Shown here one piece after another: positions 53,101-60,360 of a stretch of DNA of 61,704 bases. A program made the position numbers and the translations under genes. Position 1 is the first letter of the stretch; each line of letters starts with the position of its first letter. The notes under the pieces were generated by a model that saw only the letters and a program-made list of their open reading frames with translations, was not told the DNA's origin and did not search any database. The DNA comes from Carcharhinus longimanus (taxonomy: Eukaryota), in the NCBI GenBank assembly GCA_030264375.1, contig JASCQW010000119.1, forward strand, positions 6,700,277-6,761,980, given 5' to 3'.

Positions 53101-56100
53101 TTAACGTTGATGAGCTGGAATCAGATTTTTAAACACTGCGGCGGATAACGGGGGAGAGGTGGGGGGTGGGGTGTGGGCGGGGGATGGGGGGCGTGGATAA
53201 TTACCTGGACAAGTAATTAAGTTATTTAGGAACTGTTCGTCAATAATAAAGGGTAATTTATCCTGTTCCGAATTGTTTCATCCTTATCTTGTCCCAATAA
53301 CGCTTAGTAAAATTACAAATGTTAACTTATCCATTTTTCATGATAATTATTGAATTGAATTTGTTCTTTTCTTTGTGGGCACAACTTGTCATGGTACCTT
53401 TCCACATTGCCTTGTCAATTATATTGTGAGGAAGTCATAGACTCGTATAGCTCAGGATAACCCCTTTGGCCCATCCAGACTGCAATCCAGAGATCATCAT
53501 TATTAACCTCATTACCTTATTNNNNNNNNNNNNNNNNNNNNNNNNNNNNNNNNNNNNNNNNNNNNNNNNNNNNNNNNNNNNNNNNNNNNNNNNNNNNNNN
53601 NNNNNNNNNNNNNNNNNNNNNNNNNNNNNNNNNNNNNNNNNNNNNNNNNNNNNNNNNNNNNNNNNNNNNNNNNNNNNNNNNNNNNNNNNNNNNNNNNNNN
53701 NNNNNNNNNNNNNNNNNNNNNNNNNNNNNNNNNNNNNNNNNNNNNNNNNNNNNNNNNNNNNNNNNNNNNNNNNNNNNNNNNNNNNNNNNNNNNNNNNNNN
53801 NNNNNNNNNNNNNNNNNNNNNNNNNNNNNNNNNNNNNNNNNNNNNNNNNNNNNNNNNNNNNNNNNNNNNNNNNNNNNNNNNNNNNNNNNNNNNNNNNNNN
53901 NNNNNNNNNNNNNNNNNNNNNNNNNNNNNNNNNNNNNNNNNNNNNNNNNNNNNNNNNNNNNNNNNNNNNNNNNNNNNNNNNNNNNNNNNNNNNNNNNNNN
54001 NNNNNNNNNNNNNCCCACGTGGATGCGAACGATATTGATAGAAAGGAAAATATTTCTCTTGAGGGGATGTGAAGAGTTTGATAAATAAGGTAATGCAGTT
54101 GATAATAATGATCTCTGGATTGCAGACTGGATGGGCCAAAGGAGTTATCCTGTGCTGCATGAGTCTATGACTCCCTGACAATATGACTGACATGGCAATG
54201 TGGAAATTTATCATGGCAAGTTGTTCCCACAAAGAAAAGAACACATTCAATTCAATATTTATCAAGGAAAATGGATACGTTAACGTACTCAATTCTACTA
54301 AGCGTTATTGGGACACGGCATGGATGAAAAAAAAAATCGGATTGGGATAAATTAACTGTGATATTATTGACGAACTGTTCCCGAATGTCTTATTTACTTG
54401 TCCAAGTTTTTTTCTTTACATTTTATCAGTAGTGCTATGAATTTACAAATACTCAGCAAGAGTCTGTTGAATGAAGACCGTTGGAGTTCAGAGGGACAAT
54501 CCTTCCTACTTTAATTTCATACTTGGAGAAAACATAAAGAATAACAGGAGCTGAGATGAGAGTGTCATCTCAAGCCATCAGGTCAGGTTTAGACAAAATA
54601 TGGCTTCAATTAACCGAGAAAGAAGTGGAAATCAATGCGATTCAGACGTAAACGGTCACTTAATTTGATTCTTAACTTGAACAAAACATCAAATATGCTC
54701 GATCCCTACGATCCCAATTCATCGCTGCAGAATCCCTGGCTTGATTACTCAGCCCATCCTTGGCTATCGCATCAGCTTTCTTCAATTGTTTCGTCAAACA
54801 CAGGGATGTACGCTAATTGTAGCACAACGATGAGCGACATTCTTTTCCTCTCAGACAGGGCCGAATTATATATTATGACTCAAACGATGGTAAGCGATAG
54901 ATGAGAACTGTCACATGCCACTTATACAATTGCCCCATTCTATAAGAAAGAAACTAAATACTCCCAACTGAGGTTCAAATGACCAATGCTGACTACAAAA
55001 CATAAACATCCTGTGGCCAAAACTGAGAAGAATTTGAAGAAGGCTAACTGCATGCATACAATGTCTAATGACATCAGTCCGATTTTAGAATTACAGCTGA
55101 TTTTTTTTTATTTATCCGATTCCTGAATCTGGCTACTGAACGTATAATTTGTTACTTATTTGTTGAATTACTAAATTTAGATTCAATTGTTGGAAATCGA
55201 TCAACTGGACTACAACATTCCAGATGCCTGGAATCGCAGGCAACAATGTCTTCGGGAAGGTGCATTGCATAGTTTTGAAATGCTGCATAGGCTAGCTAGT
55301 CAGTTAAAGAATTTACCCATGAAAGTGAATGTACCCAGGCTTATCAGGAAATTGTATTGAACATAAATTTCACGTTATGCCACATCTGATTTCCCATTTG
55401 ATTGAAAGAAAAAGGGCAGCAGTGATAACGGTTGTATTACTGTATTCAATTGTGCAAACTGCCGCATACTGACCGAAACTGTCTGTAATCTTTGAAGAAT
55501 CTAACAAGAGGGACATATATGTCAGAGAGACTCGGTTCATAACAAATGCCACGATGCAGCAGTACATACTATTGTTCAATTCAGCCTGCATAAGTAAATA
55601 CATTTGTTCAAAAACACAAGATTTTAGTCGTCCAGCTCACCAACAACCTGTCATGCCTCCTCATCCCCAGCACCCGCACCACCCAACTCCCCCACCCCCC
55701 CAGCCCATGCCACCATTATAGTTAAGACAGCCCACCAGTGCCTCTACTTTCTCAGGAGATTAAGAAAATTTGGCATGTCAGCTACAACTCTAACTAACCT
55801 TTACAGATGCACACAAGTTGAATCACGACTTGGCATGGCTCCTGGTCTGTCCAGAATCGCAACGCATCGCAGTAGCTCAACCTATTCTGCACACAAGCAT
55901 CCCATCCATTGACTCTGTCTACACTTCTGTCTGCCTCGGCAAAGCAGTCAGCATAATTAAGGATCCGAAGCACCCGGGACATTCTCTCCTCCATCTTCTT
56001 CCTTAGGGAAAAAGATACAAGAAAAACAATGAGATCACGTACTAACCGACTCAAGAGCAGCTTCTTCCCTGCTGCTGTCAGACTTTTGAGTGGACTTACC

Positions 56101-59100
56101 TTGCATTAAGTTGATCTTTCTCCACACCCTAGCTATGAGTATAACGCTACTTTCTGCATTCTCACGTTTCCTTCTCTATTAACGGTCTGCTTTGTCTGTA
56201 TAACGCTCATTGAACAATACTTTTCACTGTATGTTAATGCATGTGACAATAATAAATCAAATCAAGTCAAATCAAAATCAAAGTTGGTTGGAAGCAACAT
56301 GCATTTGAGGTGCTCTTTGCCGATAATAATCATTCATGCATTGCAGCAGTACAGATTGAACAGAATGGTGCCGATTAAACAATGGGTTATAGAAACAGAT
56401 AACATCACAAACCATAAATCCGTAAGGTATAACCACTTTGTATTCATACGTTCAATATCAATCATTTATTACAGTGACGCGTGCAAGAATCTGTCGTGTA
56501 TCTTCCACGCGAAAGATAATAAATGACAGCTGAAAATGCAAATACTGCCAGTTGTTATTGGGTTCTGCCCATGTAAAACAAAATGAGGGCAAGTTTACAT
56601 CATGTAATACCTTGCAAAATGAATGCTGTTTTTTCTGCCCACCAATATTGATATAAGTAGTGAGTATTCCAACATTTTCATTTCTCATTTTATCTTTAAA
56701 TGATTCAACGTATTTTGCTGGAGGAAATTACCTTCTTCAGTCTTCCTGGGCATCCCGCCGTTATGGCACACACGGATGTTTCATTTTTAGTCCCTGCTGT
56801 GAGCATATCTTATAACGGCGCCATCAAGGCGGCTAAAGTCGTGACGTTGTCATCGAAGTGGATCACGTGATTGAATGGGTTGAACGGCCAAATCAGTGTT
56901 AAATTCCTGAGCTTTTCTTGTGCAACTTCATCAAGAATAATATTTGTTGCCATGATGATCGGACACAGACCACCGGGGACGTGGAGGATAAGGTAGAACA
57001 AAGAACAAAGAACAACACAGCACAGGAAACAGGCCCTTCAGCCCAACAAGCCTGCACCGCCATTTTAACACTGTGAGTGCCCTCTTCTACCTATGACCTT
57101 TGTCCACACCTATTGGACTCCACAATAAAGGAACCATAACCAGATTGAGGGGCAACTAATTTAGGGACAATTTGTTAACACCAATCAGCCTAAGAGAGAA
57201 ATGACTAGTGTGGGTTACAAACTTTTGGCATACACGCATCGATTAATTTGTGGTGGATTTTCTTGAAAGACAGCCTCCTACCTGAGTCAATAATATTTAT
57301 GTTTGCCCGTCACGCCAGACAGAGCACATGTTTATTTATACTGAAAAAATAATCTGTGGCACTTTGTGTGAAATGAATTTCTTCAGTATCACATAGATTT
57401 TTTGGCACAATGATATATCGGTAGCGCATAAAATTTGGTATCCCAAGCAGACAGTCAAAAATGAAGCATGAGTTGTAACTTCTCACCTGTTGGTGGGAAA
57501 TGTGGGCTCTTTTCTGGAAATTAAATTAGAAGCAATGTTTGAGTCAGAATTAGATTTGAAACTCGAATAGATAGTAATCCCTGAAGGATGGATCTCGGTC
57601 TATATTACTCGTCATAAAACCAGTCTAATACACTGTATTTTCACGTTTTCCGAATAGCAATACAGTATCTATTTTTCAGTTAGAAAGTTATCTGGCAACA
57701 TGACTTACTCTCTAGAAACGAACAACTTATTGTAGAATCTGTTACATTATATCCTCTCAATTCATTACGTTAAAGTGGGAGACTATTGAATTTGAATCAC
57801 TTGTTCAAACACGTTTCTAAATGTTTATCCTGAAGCATAACATGACCTTTACATTCAGCGTTAACTGGTCTTTTTATTCGCCGAAAATTCTCATCATGTT
57901 ATATCTTCATTTCTGTTCTGTGACATGCAGGTGTAGACAATCAAGTAAGGTGAACATGAGTAAAGGCACATATTATAGTCAATCTCCATGTCAAAACTTT
58001 AATTGAATACAAACATTCTGAAAGAATGAGAGTTTTAGAGGCTAAGAAGTTTTGGCCTACTCTGTTCTCGAATATTAGCACTGCAAATTGGGTTGCAAAA
58101 TACACCACTTTCATGGATAGCTTGGACCGAGGTTTTAGACTTCAATCATACGCTGATAGCAATAGCACTGCCAACCAAGAACTTCAAAGCGTGCTTTGTC
58201 ATTGTTTACTGAACATTTTGCCAGAAACATTACTTAACTGCTAATGTGCCGGTTACATTGACGTGCGAAAAACGCTGTGCGTTCCATGAAATACATTTGC
58301 TATTTCAACGACTAAAAATGTTGTCAGAACACATAAGGCTCATTTGCGCCACCTCAACGCTTGTCTTACCCGTAGCTAATCTCTTGTTCTTCATTTTCTC
58401 TAAGTCTATAGAAAGAGATATTTAAATTTCTCCATTTTCTTCCCTGATCGCTTTTATTGAAAGCAATTTCAAATGCAATGTGTTCAGCATGTAATCGTGG
58501 CAGTGCACACGAGAATGATGTTATCATGCTTGCTGTATGCCTTAATTAATGAATTTAGAAAGAAAAACAGAAACCATGTTTTGTTGTGTAAGGACACTGG
58601 AGAAACGTTCTGATATCTCTTGAATTTCTTATCCTACGGCCTGAAATTAATCATGGAAAATAGAATGAGACATTTTTTTTCCTGCACATAGTAGGAATTA
58701 TCACCCTGGTGACGTATTAGACGTTCATTCTGATCATTGACTTCAGCATAACTGAACATAAAGTTTACATTCAAAAATCGACAGCGCCATCAGACTGCTT
58801 TGTAATTATGTCCGTGATAAGTTGCAAATGCATATGCTATGTTATTTATTGGCATTGAAATAAATGCATGCTCGTTTAAGAGTCAGTATTTCTTTATGAG
58901 GACAGAAATCTAAATAAAAAAAAACTGTCTTGTCACTGACATACGACCCTGCCTGTGTATGATGCCATGTTTCGAATCAATTGTTCAGTAACAGAGGGTC
59001 GTTCGCAACATTACAAACAATGTCTAAAAATGAAGGCGTGTTTCAAGCACTGGGAACCCAAACAACCTGACATTATAGGAAACAGTATTGATTAGTGGAA

Positions 59101-59532
59101 TTAATTTTCTAGACGATATCTATGTAGCCTAAAACACGGTGGATTTGATTTCAAGTAATGGCGCTCAATTCATACGAGATAGATGATAGCCATTCTTTCT
59201 GATGCAATGAGTTTCGAATCGGTGGTCGTCTACAATTGCATCCCTGAAAGCATTTTCACCGAATAAATGCTGAACCTTAATTGTCATTAACGATACGCCA
59301 TGCATCGTATGAACCTGAGCATTGCAGTTCTTGTCGAAGATTGTAACTGGACCGGAAATTTGGCATTTACTCAAAATAGAGAGCACATATTTGCATCCAT
59401 TCTATGTTGGCATTCGCAATTACAGTGAAATTCTACAGCTTATTGCATTATCGACCCACATGCCAAAGATAAAACAATGGGTGCAATGTTGATTAATATA
59501 TTTACCATCTTTACTTCTTTCTATATATTGGG
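2607..59532 (-). CDS. Multi-microexon gene (5'-partial) encoding an uncharacterised Cys-containing coiled-coil protein; may be partly pseudogenised or a tandem pair
   Basis: At least 19 exons of 18-36 nt on the minus strand. Each has a pyrimidine-rich tract plus AG and a GT donor, ends in G, and has a length divisible by 3. All are open in phase 1, whereas phases 0 and 2 hit stops (e.g. phase 0 in 19491, 8933, 39634; phase 2 in 23660, 45447). Joined peptides keep the heptad register. Confidence 0.8.
2936..2962 (-). CDS. 27-nt microexon, (E)LQALREKL
   Basis: gttttatttcag|AACTCCAAGCCCTTCGCGAAAAATTGG|gtaagc; open. Confidence 0.85.
3490..3615 (+). repeat. Penelope-like terminal fragment
   Basis: ccgatgaaggag...ctccgaaa...ccaaataaacc...tttaaccttgtgttgtaaaacttctta; related copy at about 20905-20995. 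Confidence 0.5.
4169..4213 (-). CDS. Possible 45-nt exon (A)[14 protein letters not shown]
   Basis: Donor tag|gtaaaa, weak acceptor cctgcatatcag; open in phase 1-1. Confidence 0.3.
4310..4830 (+). mobile_element. CR1 LINE 3' fragment
   Basis: Decayed 'LERVQRRFT' region and 3' UTR (ttcaagg...gagttcgatagattg). Confidence 0.6.
5230..5730 (+). mobile_element. CR1 ORF1 (SGNH esterase-like) remnant
   Basis: Degenerate CLPGARVxDV and GTND motifs (tgcctctgcagtgcgagggtgacagatgtt; tgtaccaacgac). Confidence 0.65.
6210..6350 (-). mobile_element. CR1 3' tail
   Basis: cataggaacaaaggaacatagga...ccgctccaccattcaat...ggctgatct. Confidence 0.6.
6355..8400 (-). mobile_element. Decayed Gypsy-type LTR retrotransposon: 5' LTR, PBS, gag zinc knuckle, protease, start of RT
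   Basis: RT start LKAHPLPP...ELELE...[13 protein letters not shown]; protease IDSG and [12 protein letters not shown]; CCHC remnant (KELKCCTC...GH...C); PBS TGGCGAC at 8189-8195; minus-strand AATAAA 8269-8274 and TATAAAA 8363-8369. Far LTR end uncertain. Confidence 0.8.
8933..8959 (-). CDS. 27-nt microexon, (A)SKLSHCET
   Basis: attttttccag|CGAGTAAACTGAGCCACTGTGAAACAG|gtaacc; xxxLxxCxx motif. Confidence 0.82.
9493..9523. repeat. Perfect 14-bp inverted repeat with 3-nt loop
   Basis: cacaaacagcagtg-ttt-cactgctgtttgtg. Confidence 0.9.
11705..12030 (+). mobile_element. HE1-type tRNA-derived SINE inserted in CR1
   Basis: gtggcacagtag...ggtttaattcc...tccgatttcctcccacagttcaaagat...CR1-like tail. 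Confidence 0.8.
12142..12772 (-). mobile_element. Solo LTR (ERV class I or Gypsy type) with 4-bp TSD CCTG
   Basis: cctg|TGTTGTAG...CTACTTCA|cctg; removing it restores the CR1 cacctggattac; internal direct repeat of about 31 bp; TATA-like and AATAAG signals on the minus strand. Confidence 0.8.
13349..13366 (-). CDS. 18-nt microexon, (V)SGMSK
   Basis: gattttcgcag|TTAGTGGCATGAGTAAAG|gtaaaa; open. Confidence 0.55.
13695..13830 (+). mobile_element. Possible Tc1/mariner transposase C-terminal remnant
   Basis: [15 protein letters not shown] resembles the PxTLxELKxxI motif that follows the catalytic domain. Confidence 0.35.
15362..15379 (-). CDS. 18-nt microexon, (D)KMNRS
   Basis: acttctactag|ATAAAATGAACAGATCAG|gtaaaa; open. 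Confidence 0.5.
17985..18270 (+). mobile_element. Rex1-like LINE 3' fragment
   Basis: [10 protein letters not shown]...ctcaaaatcgcttcttccttgctgccatcaga; same family as 43206 and 55715. Confidence 0.75.
18280..18490 (+). mobile_element. CR1 3' end
   Basis: ggtcggtgcaggcttgaaggacggaagaccctattcctgtgctgtagttttctttgtt. Confidence 0.75.
19491..19517 (-). CDS. 27-nt microexon, (E)VELRASNA
   Basis: attttccttcag|AAGTAGAGTTACGTGCATCGAATGCAG|gtaatc; open. Confidence 0.82.
20325..20625 (+). mobile_element. tRNA-derived SINE (HE1-like head, different tail)
   Basis: ggtttcgattcc B box; gagtttgcacattctcccc core; tail differs from the CR1-tailed SINEs. Confidence 0.75.
21736..21771 (-). CDS. 36-nt microexon, (E)[11 protein letters not shown]
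   Basis: atttcatttcag|AAATTGGC...ATGCGG|gtaaaa; open. Confidence 0.8.
22272..22295 (-). CDS. 24-nt microexon, (D)SFKKCLA
   Basis: acacttatag|ATTCATTCAAAAAATGTTTGGCAG|gtattt; open; heptad register continues into the next two exons. Confidence 0.65.
22596..22630 (-). pseudogene. Decayed 36-nt-class exon VLCKMKNAL(IEA)
   Basis: Acceptor gatttttcattag; KMKN matches [12 protein letters not shown]; 35 nt with in-frame TAG and broken donor; restoring one base gives ...LIEA like LIDA/LIQS. Confidence 0.5.
23224..23575 (+). mobile_element. HE1-type SINE
   Basis: ggcacggtggcacagtagttggcaatgctgcttcacagc...gaatggcctctttctgcactgtagtgttctatg. Confidence 0.9.
23660..23686 (-). CDS. 27-nt microexon, (V)KSLVENDK
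   Basis: atctatccgcag|TGAAATCTCTCGTTGAAAATGATAAAG|gtaatt; open. Confidence 0.78.
23918..23970 (+). repeat. (GAA)n microsatellite
   Basis: Pure GAA run. Confidence 0.95.
24490..25045 (+). mobile_element. CR1 3' fragment
   Basis: cagttctggtcacc (QFWSP) through ttgggccgaagggcctgtttcc tail. Confidence 0.9.
26005..26340 (+). mobile_element. HE1-type SINE
   Basis: gggcagcacggtcgcacag...tccggtttccttccacagtccaaggatgtg. Confidence 0.9.
26493..26530 (-). pseudogene. Decayed 36-nt-class exon (D)[11 protein letters not shown]
   Basis: Strong acceptor tttactttcag; available donors give 34 or 38 nt (the latter with TAG); peptide resembles [12 protein letters not shown]. Confidence 0.35.
27436..27462 (-). 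CDS. 27-nt microexon, (D)PGKIIEEM
   Basis: cttattttag|ATCCCGGCAAAATTATTGAAGAAATGG|gtaagc; open. Confidence 0.8.
29260..29286 (-). CDS. 27-nt microexon, (D)AKVEDAVS
   Basis: tatttctttag|ATGCAAAAGTCGAAGACGCAGTTTCGG|gtaaat; open. Confidence 0.78.
31419..31445 (-). pseudogene. Dead 27-nt-class exon E*LRGNLLQ
   Basis: Long pyrimidine tract ending cacaa (not cacag), donor agg|gtaatt, in-frame TAA. Confidence 0.35.
32259..32285 (-). CDS. 27-nt microexon, (G)VNWSEIFQ
   Basis: ttctacatattcag|GCGTGAACTGGAGCGAAATTTTCCAAG|gtaaag; open. Confidence 0.78.
32323..32376 (+). repeat. (TTA)n microsatellite
   Basis: TTA run with one interruption, about 40 nt from the acceptor of exon 32259-32285. Confidence 0.95.
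33179..33205 (-). pseudogene. 27-nt-class exon (D)PSCWSNDL with non-AG acceptor
   Basis: ctgttttctttaa|27 nt|gtacca; the pyrimidine tract ends in AA; adjacent to an N gap. Confidence 0.35.
34140..34305. repeat. Penelope-derived short repeat with partly self-complementary ends
   Basis: aaacagaaaatgctggaaa...tttgacaaaagg...ccacagatgctg...; related copy at about 52190-52330. Confidence 0.55.
34486..34521 (-). CDS. 36-nt microexon, (E)[11 protein letters not shown]
   Basis: cttctgtatgacag|AAAATGAA...CAGAGCG|gtaaaa; phase 1-1, open. Confidence 0.78.
35140..35745 (+). mobile_element. CR1 3' fragment
   Basis: [38 protein letters not shown]. Confidence 0.9.
35830..36531 (+). mobile_element. Probable solo LTR
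   Basis: Begins TGTTGC, ends GTAACA (imperfect inverted termini); AATAAA near 36402; no TSD seen. Confidence 0.45.
36545..37700 (+). mobile_element. CR1 ORF2 (RT) fragment
   Basis: [14 protein letters not shown]; aaatttgcagacaacacaaaa (KFADxTK). Confidence 0.85.
39172..39485 (-). mobile_element. HE1-type SINE
   Basis: Antisense: ggactgtggcaggaaaccggagcacccggagg...gcagcagtgctaacc. Confidence 0.9.
39634..39660 (-). CDS. 27-nt microexon, (E)TDLIKCQL
   Basis: ttgtttccctag|AAACTGACCTGATTAAATGCCAATTGG|gtaact; xxxLxxCxx motif. Confidence 0.8.
42300..43205 (+). mobile_element. LTR retrotransposon 3' end: internal remnant, polypurine tract and 3' LTR (42609-43205)
   Basis: Purine tract at 42597-42606 just before TGTGAC...GTTACA; TATAAA near 42764; AATAAA near 43097. 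Confidence 0.8.
43206..43755 (+). mobile_element. Rex1-like LINE 3' end with (AAATC)n tail
   Basis: [32 protein letters not shown]; gtgacaatgtaaaatcaaatcaaatc. Confidence 0.85.
44423..44457 (-). other. 35-nt exon-like segment (E)[11 protein letters not shown], frame-shifting (phase 1 to 0)
   Basis: gtcgtttacag|...|gtgagt with strong sites, but length 35 (one short of the 36-nt class). Confidence 0.4.
44977..45012 (-). pseudogene. 36-nt-class exon (D)[11 protein letters not shown] with non-AG acceptor
   Basis: Perfect donor cag|gtgagt. The peptide continues the heptad register of the two preceding exons, but the acceptor reads ttttcttcatgtaaa (AA, not AG). Confidence 0.55.
45447..45473 (-). 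CDS. 27-nt microexon, (E)DKLKACQN
   Basis: ttctacaattacag|AAGATAAATTGAAGGCCTGTCAAAATG|gtaagc; xxxLxxCxx motif. Confidence 0.82.
46100..46250 (-). mobile_element. HE1-type SINE fragment
   Basis: aaaccggaggaaatcc...ggaatcgaacttgg...gaggcagcagtgct. Confidence 0.75.
46512..46547 (-). CDS. 36-nt microexon, (E)[11 protein letters not shown]
   Basis: tgcgctttcag|AAAGGAAC...GATGCAG|gtgcgt; phase 1-1, open; coiled-coil pattern. Confidence 0.8.
47075..47112 (+). repeat. (TG)n microsatellite
   Basis: TG run inside CR1 ORF1. Confidence 0.9.
47479..49495 (-). mobile_element. CR1 LINE ORF2 to 3' end, nested in opposite orientation
   Basis: [67 protein letters not shown]. Confidence 0.92.
52640..53212 (+). 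mobile_element. CR1 5' UTR and ORF1 N-terminus
   Basis: [23 protein letters not shown]...YLD zinc-finger/leucine-zipper remnant. Confidence 0.7.
53206..54404. repeat. Diverged inverted duplication, arms about 53206-53521 and 54084-54404, around an N gap
   Basis: Arms are reverse-complementary along their length with scattered mismatches (e.g. cccaataacgcttagta / tactaagcgttattggg). Confidence 0.9.
55474..55500 (-). CDS. 27-nt microexon, (D)SSKITDSF
   Basis: tccctcttgttag|ATTCTTCAAAGATTACAGACAGTTTCG|gtcagt; resembles DPGKIIEEM exon. Confidence 0.65.
55715..56285 (+). mobile_element. Rex1-like LINE 3' end with (AAATC)n tail
   Basis: ctctactttctcaggagattaagaaaatttggcatgtc; [24 protein letters not shown]. 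Confidence 0.88.
57487..57513 (-). CDS. 27-nt microexon, (E)KSPHFPPT
   Basis: tttaatttccag|AAAAGAGCCCACATTTCCCACCAACAG|gtgaga; phase 1-1, open. Confidence 0.78.
57709..57738 (-). CDS. Possible 30-nt microexon, (D)STISCSFLE
   Basis: Strong donor aga|gtaagt but weak acceptor aatgtaacag; open in phase 1. Confidence 0.3.
58370..58405 (-). CDS. 36-nt microexon, (D)[11 protein letters not shown]
   Basis: tctctttctatag|ACTTAGAG...GCTACGG|gtaaga; phase 1-1, open; shares EKMK with exon 34486-34521. Confidence 0.8.
59506..59532 (-). CDS. 27-nt microexon, (A)QYIERSKD
   Basis: aattttacag|CCCAATATATAGAAAGAAGTAAAGATG|gtaaat; phase 1-1, open. Confidence 0.75.
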
Positions 59533-60139
59533 CTGTAAAATTACGAAGAAAATTATTATTACCTAGCAAACACAGTGTAATAAAGATTGCATATTTAGGA
59601 TGCAATCAGTCTCAGCCCCTCTGCAGCGTAAAACTCCTGCATTTACAATTGTACCAATTACCAACGAGTTCTACACCTCTATGTCCGCGTTGAACCAATC
59701 TGAGCAATTGATGTCCAATATTTATTTTATGGTCTGTTTGTGAGCACAGTCTCACAGGAAGTTAAATGGTCCAATTTTACAACATTAGAAAAAAAGTAAA
59801 TTAAACAACAAAAAAAAACAATATTGCAGTTGGTTCTGTATGACTCTTTGCAGGAATCGCTAAATAAGTGGGTAGTACGCAGTTAAGGACACGTACTATA
59901 GATTTTTTTACAAACGAATTCAATGTAAAAGTCGGTGATGTGTAACAGCCGTGCAGTAGTTTGTTTCGATTAGAGTTCACATGTTTGCCTTTGTTTCTGT
60001 GAGATTCTGAAGTATTATAAAGTGTCAAATACAGGGAATGTGCTTTACCCGCACGGCAAATTTTAAAAATAACAGGTTTCACCTTTAACAGTGATTTGAG
60101 TCAATTTGAACTTTGGAGTTAATGAAGATTGTAATTTTC

Positions 60140-60360
60140 CAACTCAAAGAAGCAATTGCATCTATTTCACTGAATGATTTTAAGGCAGTTGTGTCGAGGG
60201 TTTTGATTAGCAAGTCAGTGGCGAGTAATATTGCAGAGCTGAGTGGGAAAACGAAGAGACATTGGTGTCGGTCCGGAAACTGATCAGCCCAAAATTTCTG
60301 AATGGTGCATGAAGATCTGAAAGCTAAACAGCCTGCTTTTGTTTCTAAGTACTCTGTTCG
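60140..60360 (+). mobile_element. Decayed CR1 3' end
   Basis: tttaaggcag...ttttgattagcaag...gatcagcc...gaatggtgc...cagcctgcttttgtttcta. Confidence 0.55.

Noticed and set aside
59563-59605. Signal-peptide-like LHPKYAIFITLCLL-G with donor tag|gtaata just upstream of the first microexon
   Set aside because: It starts at TTG right after a stop, and the intron to the 59532 acceptor would be only 30 nt.
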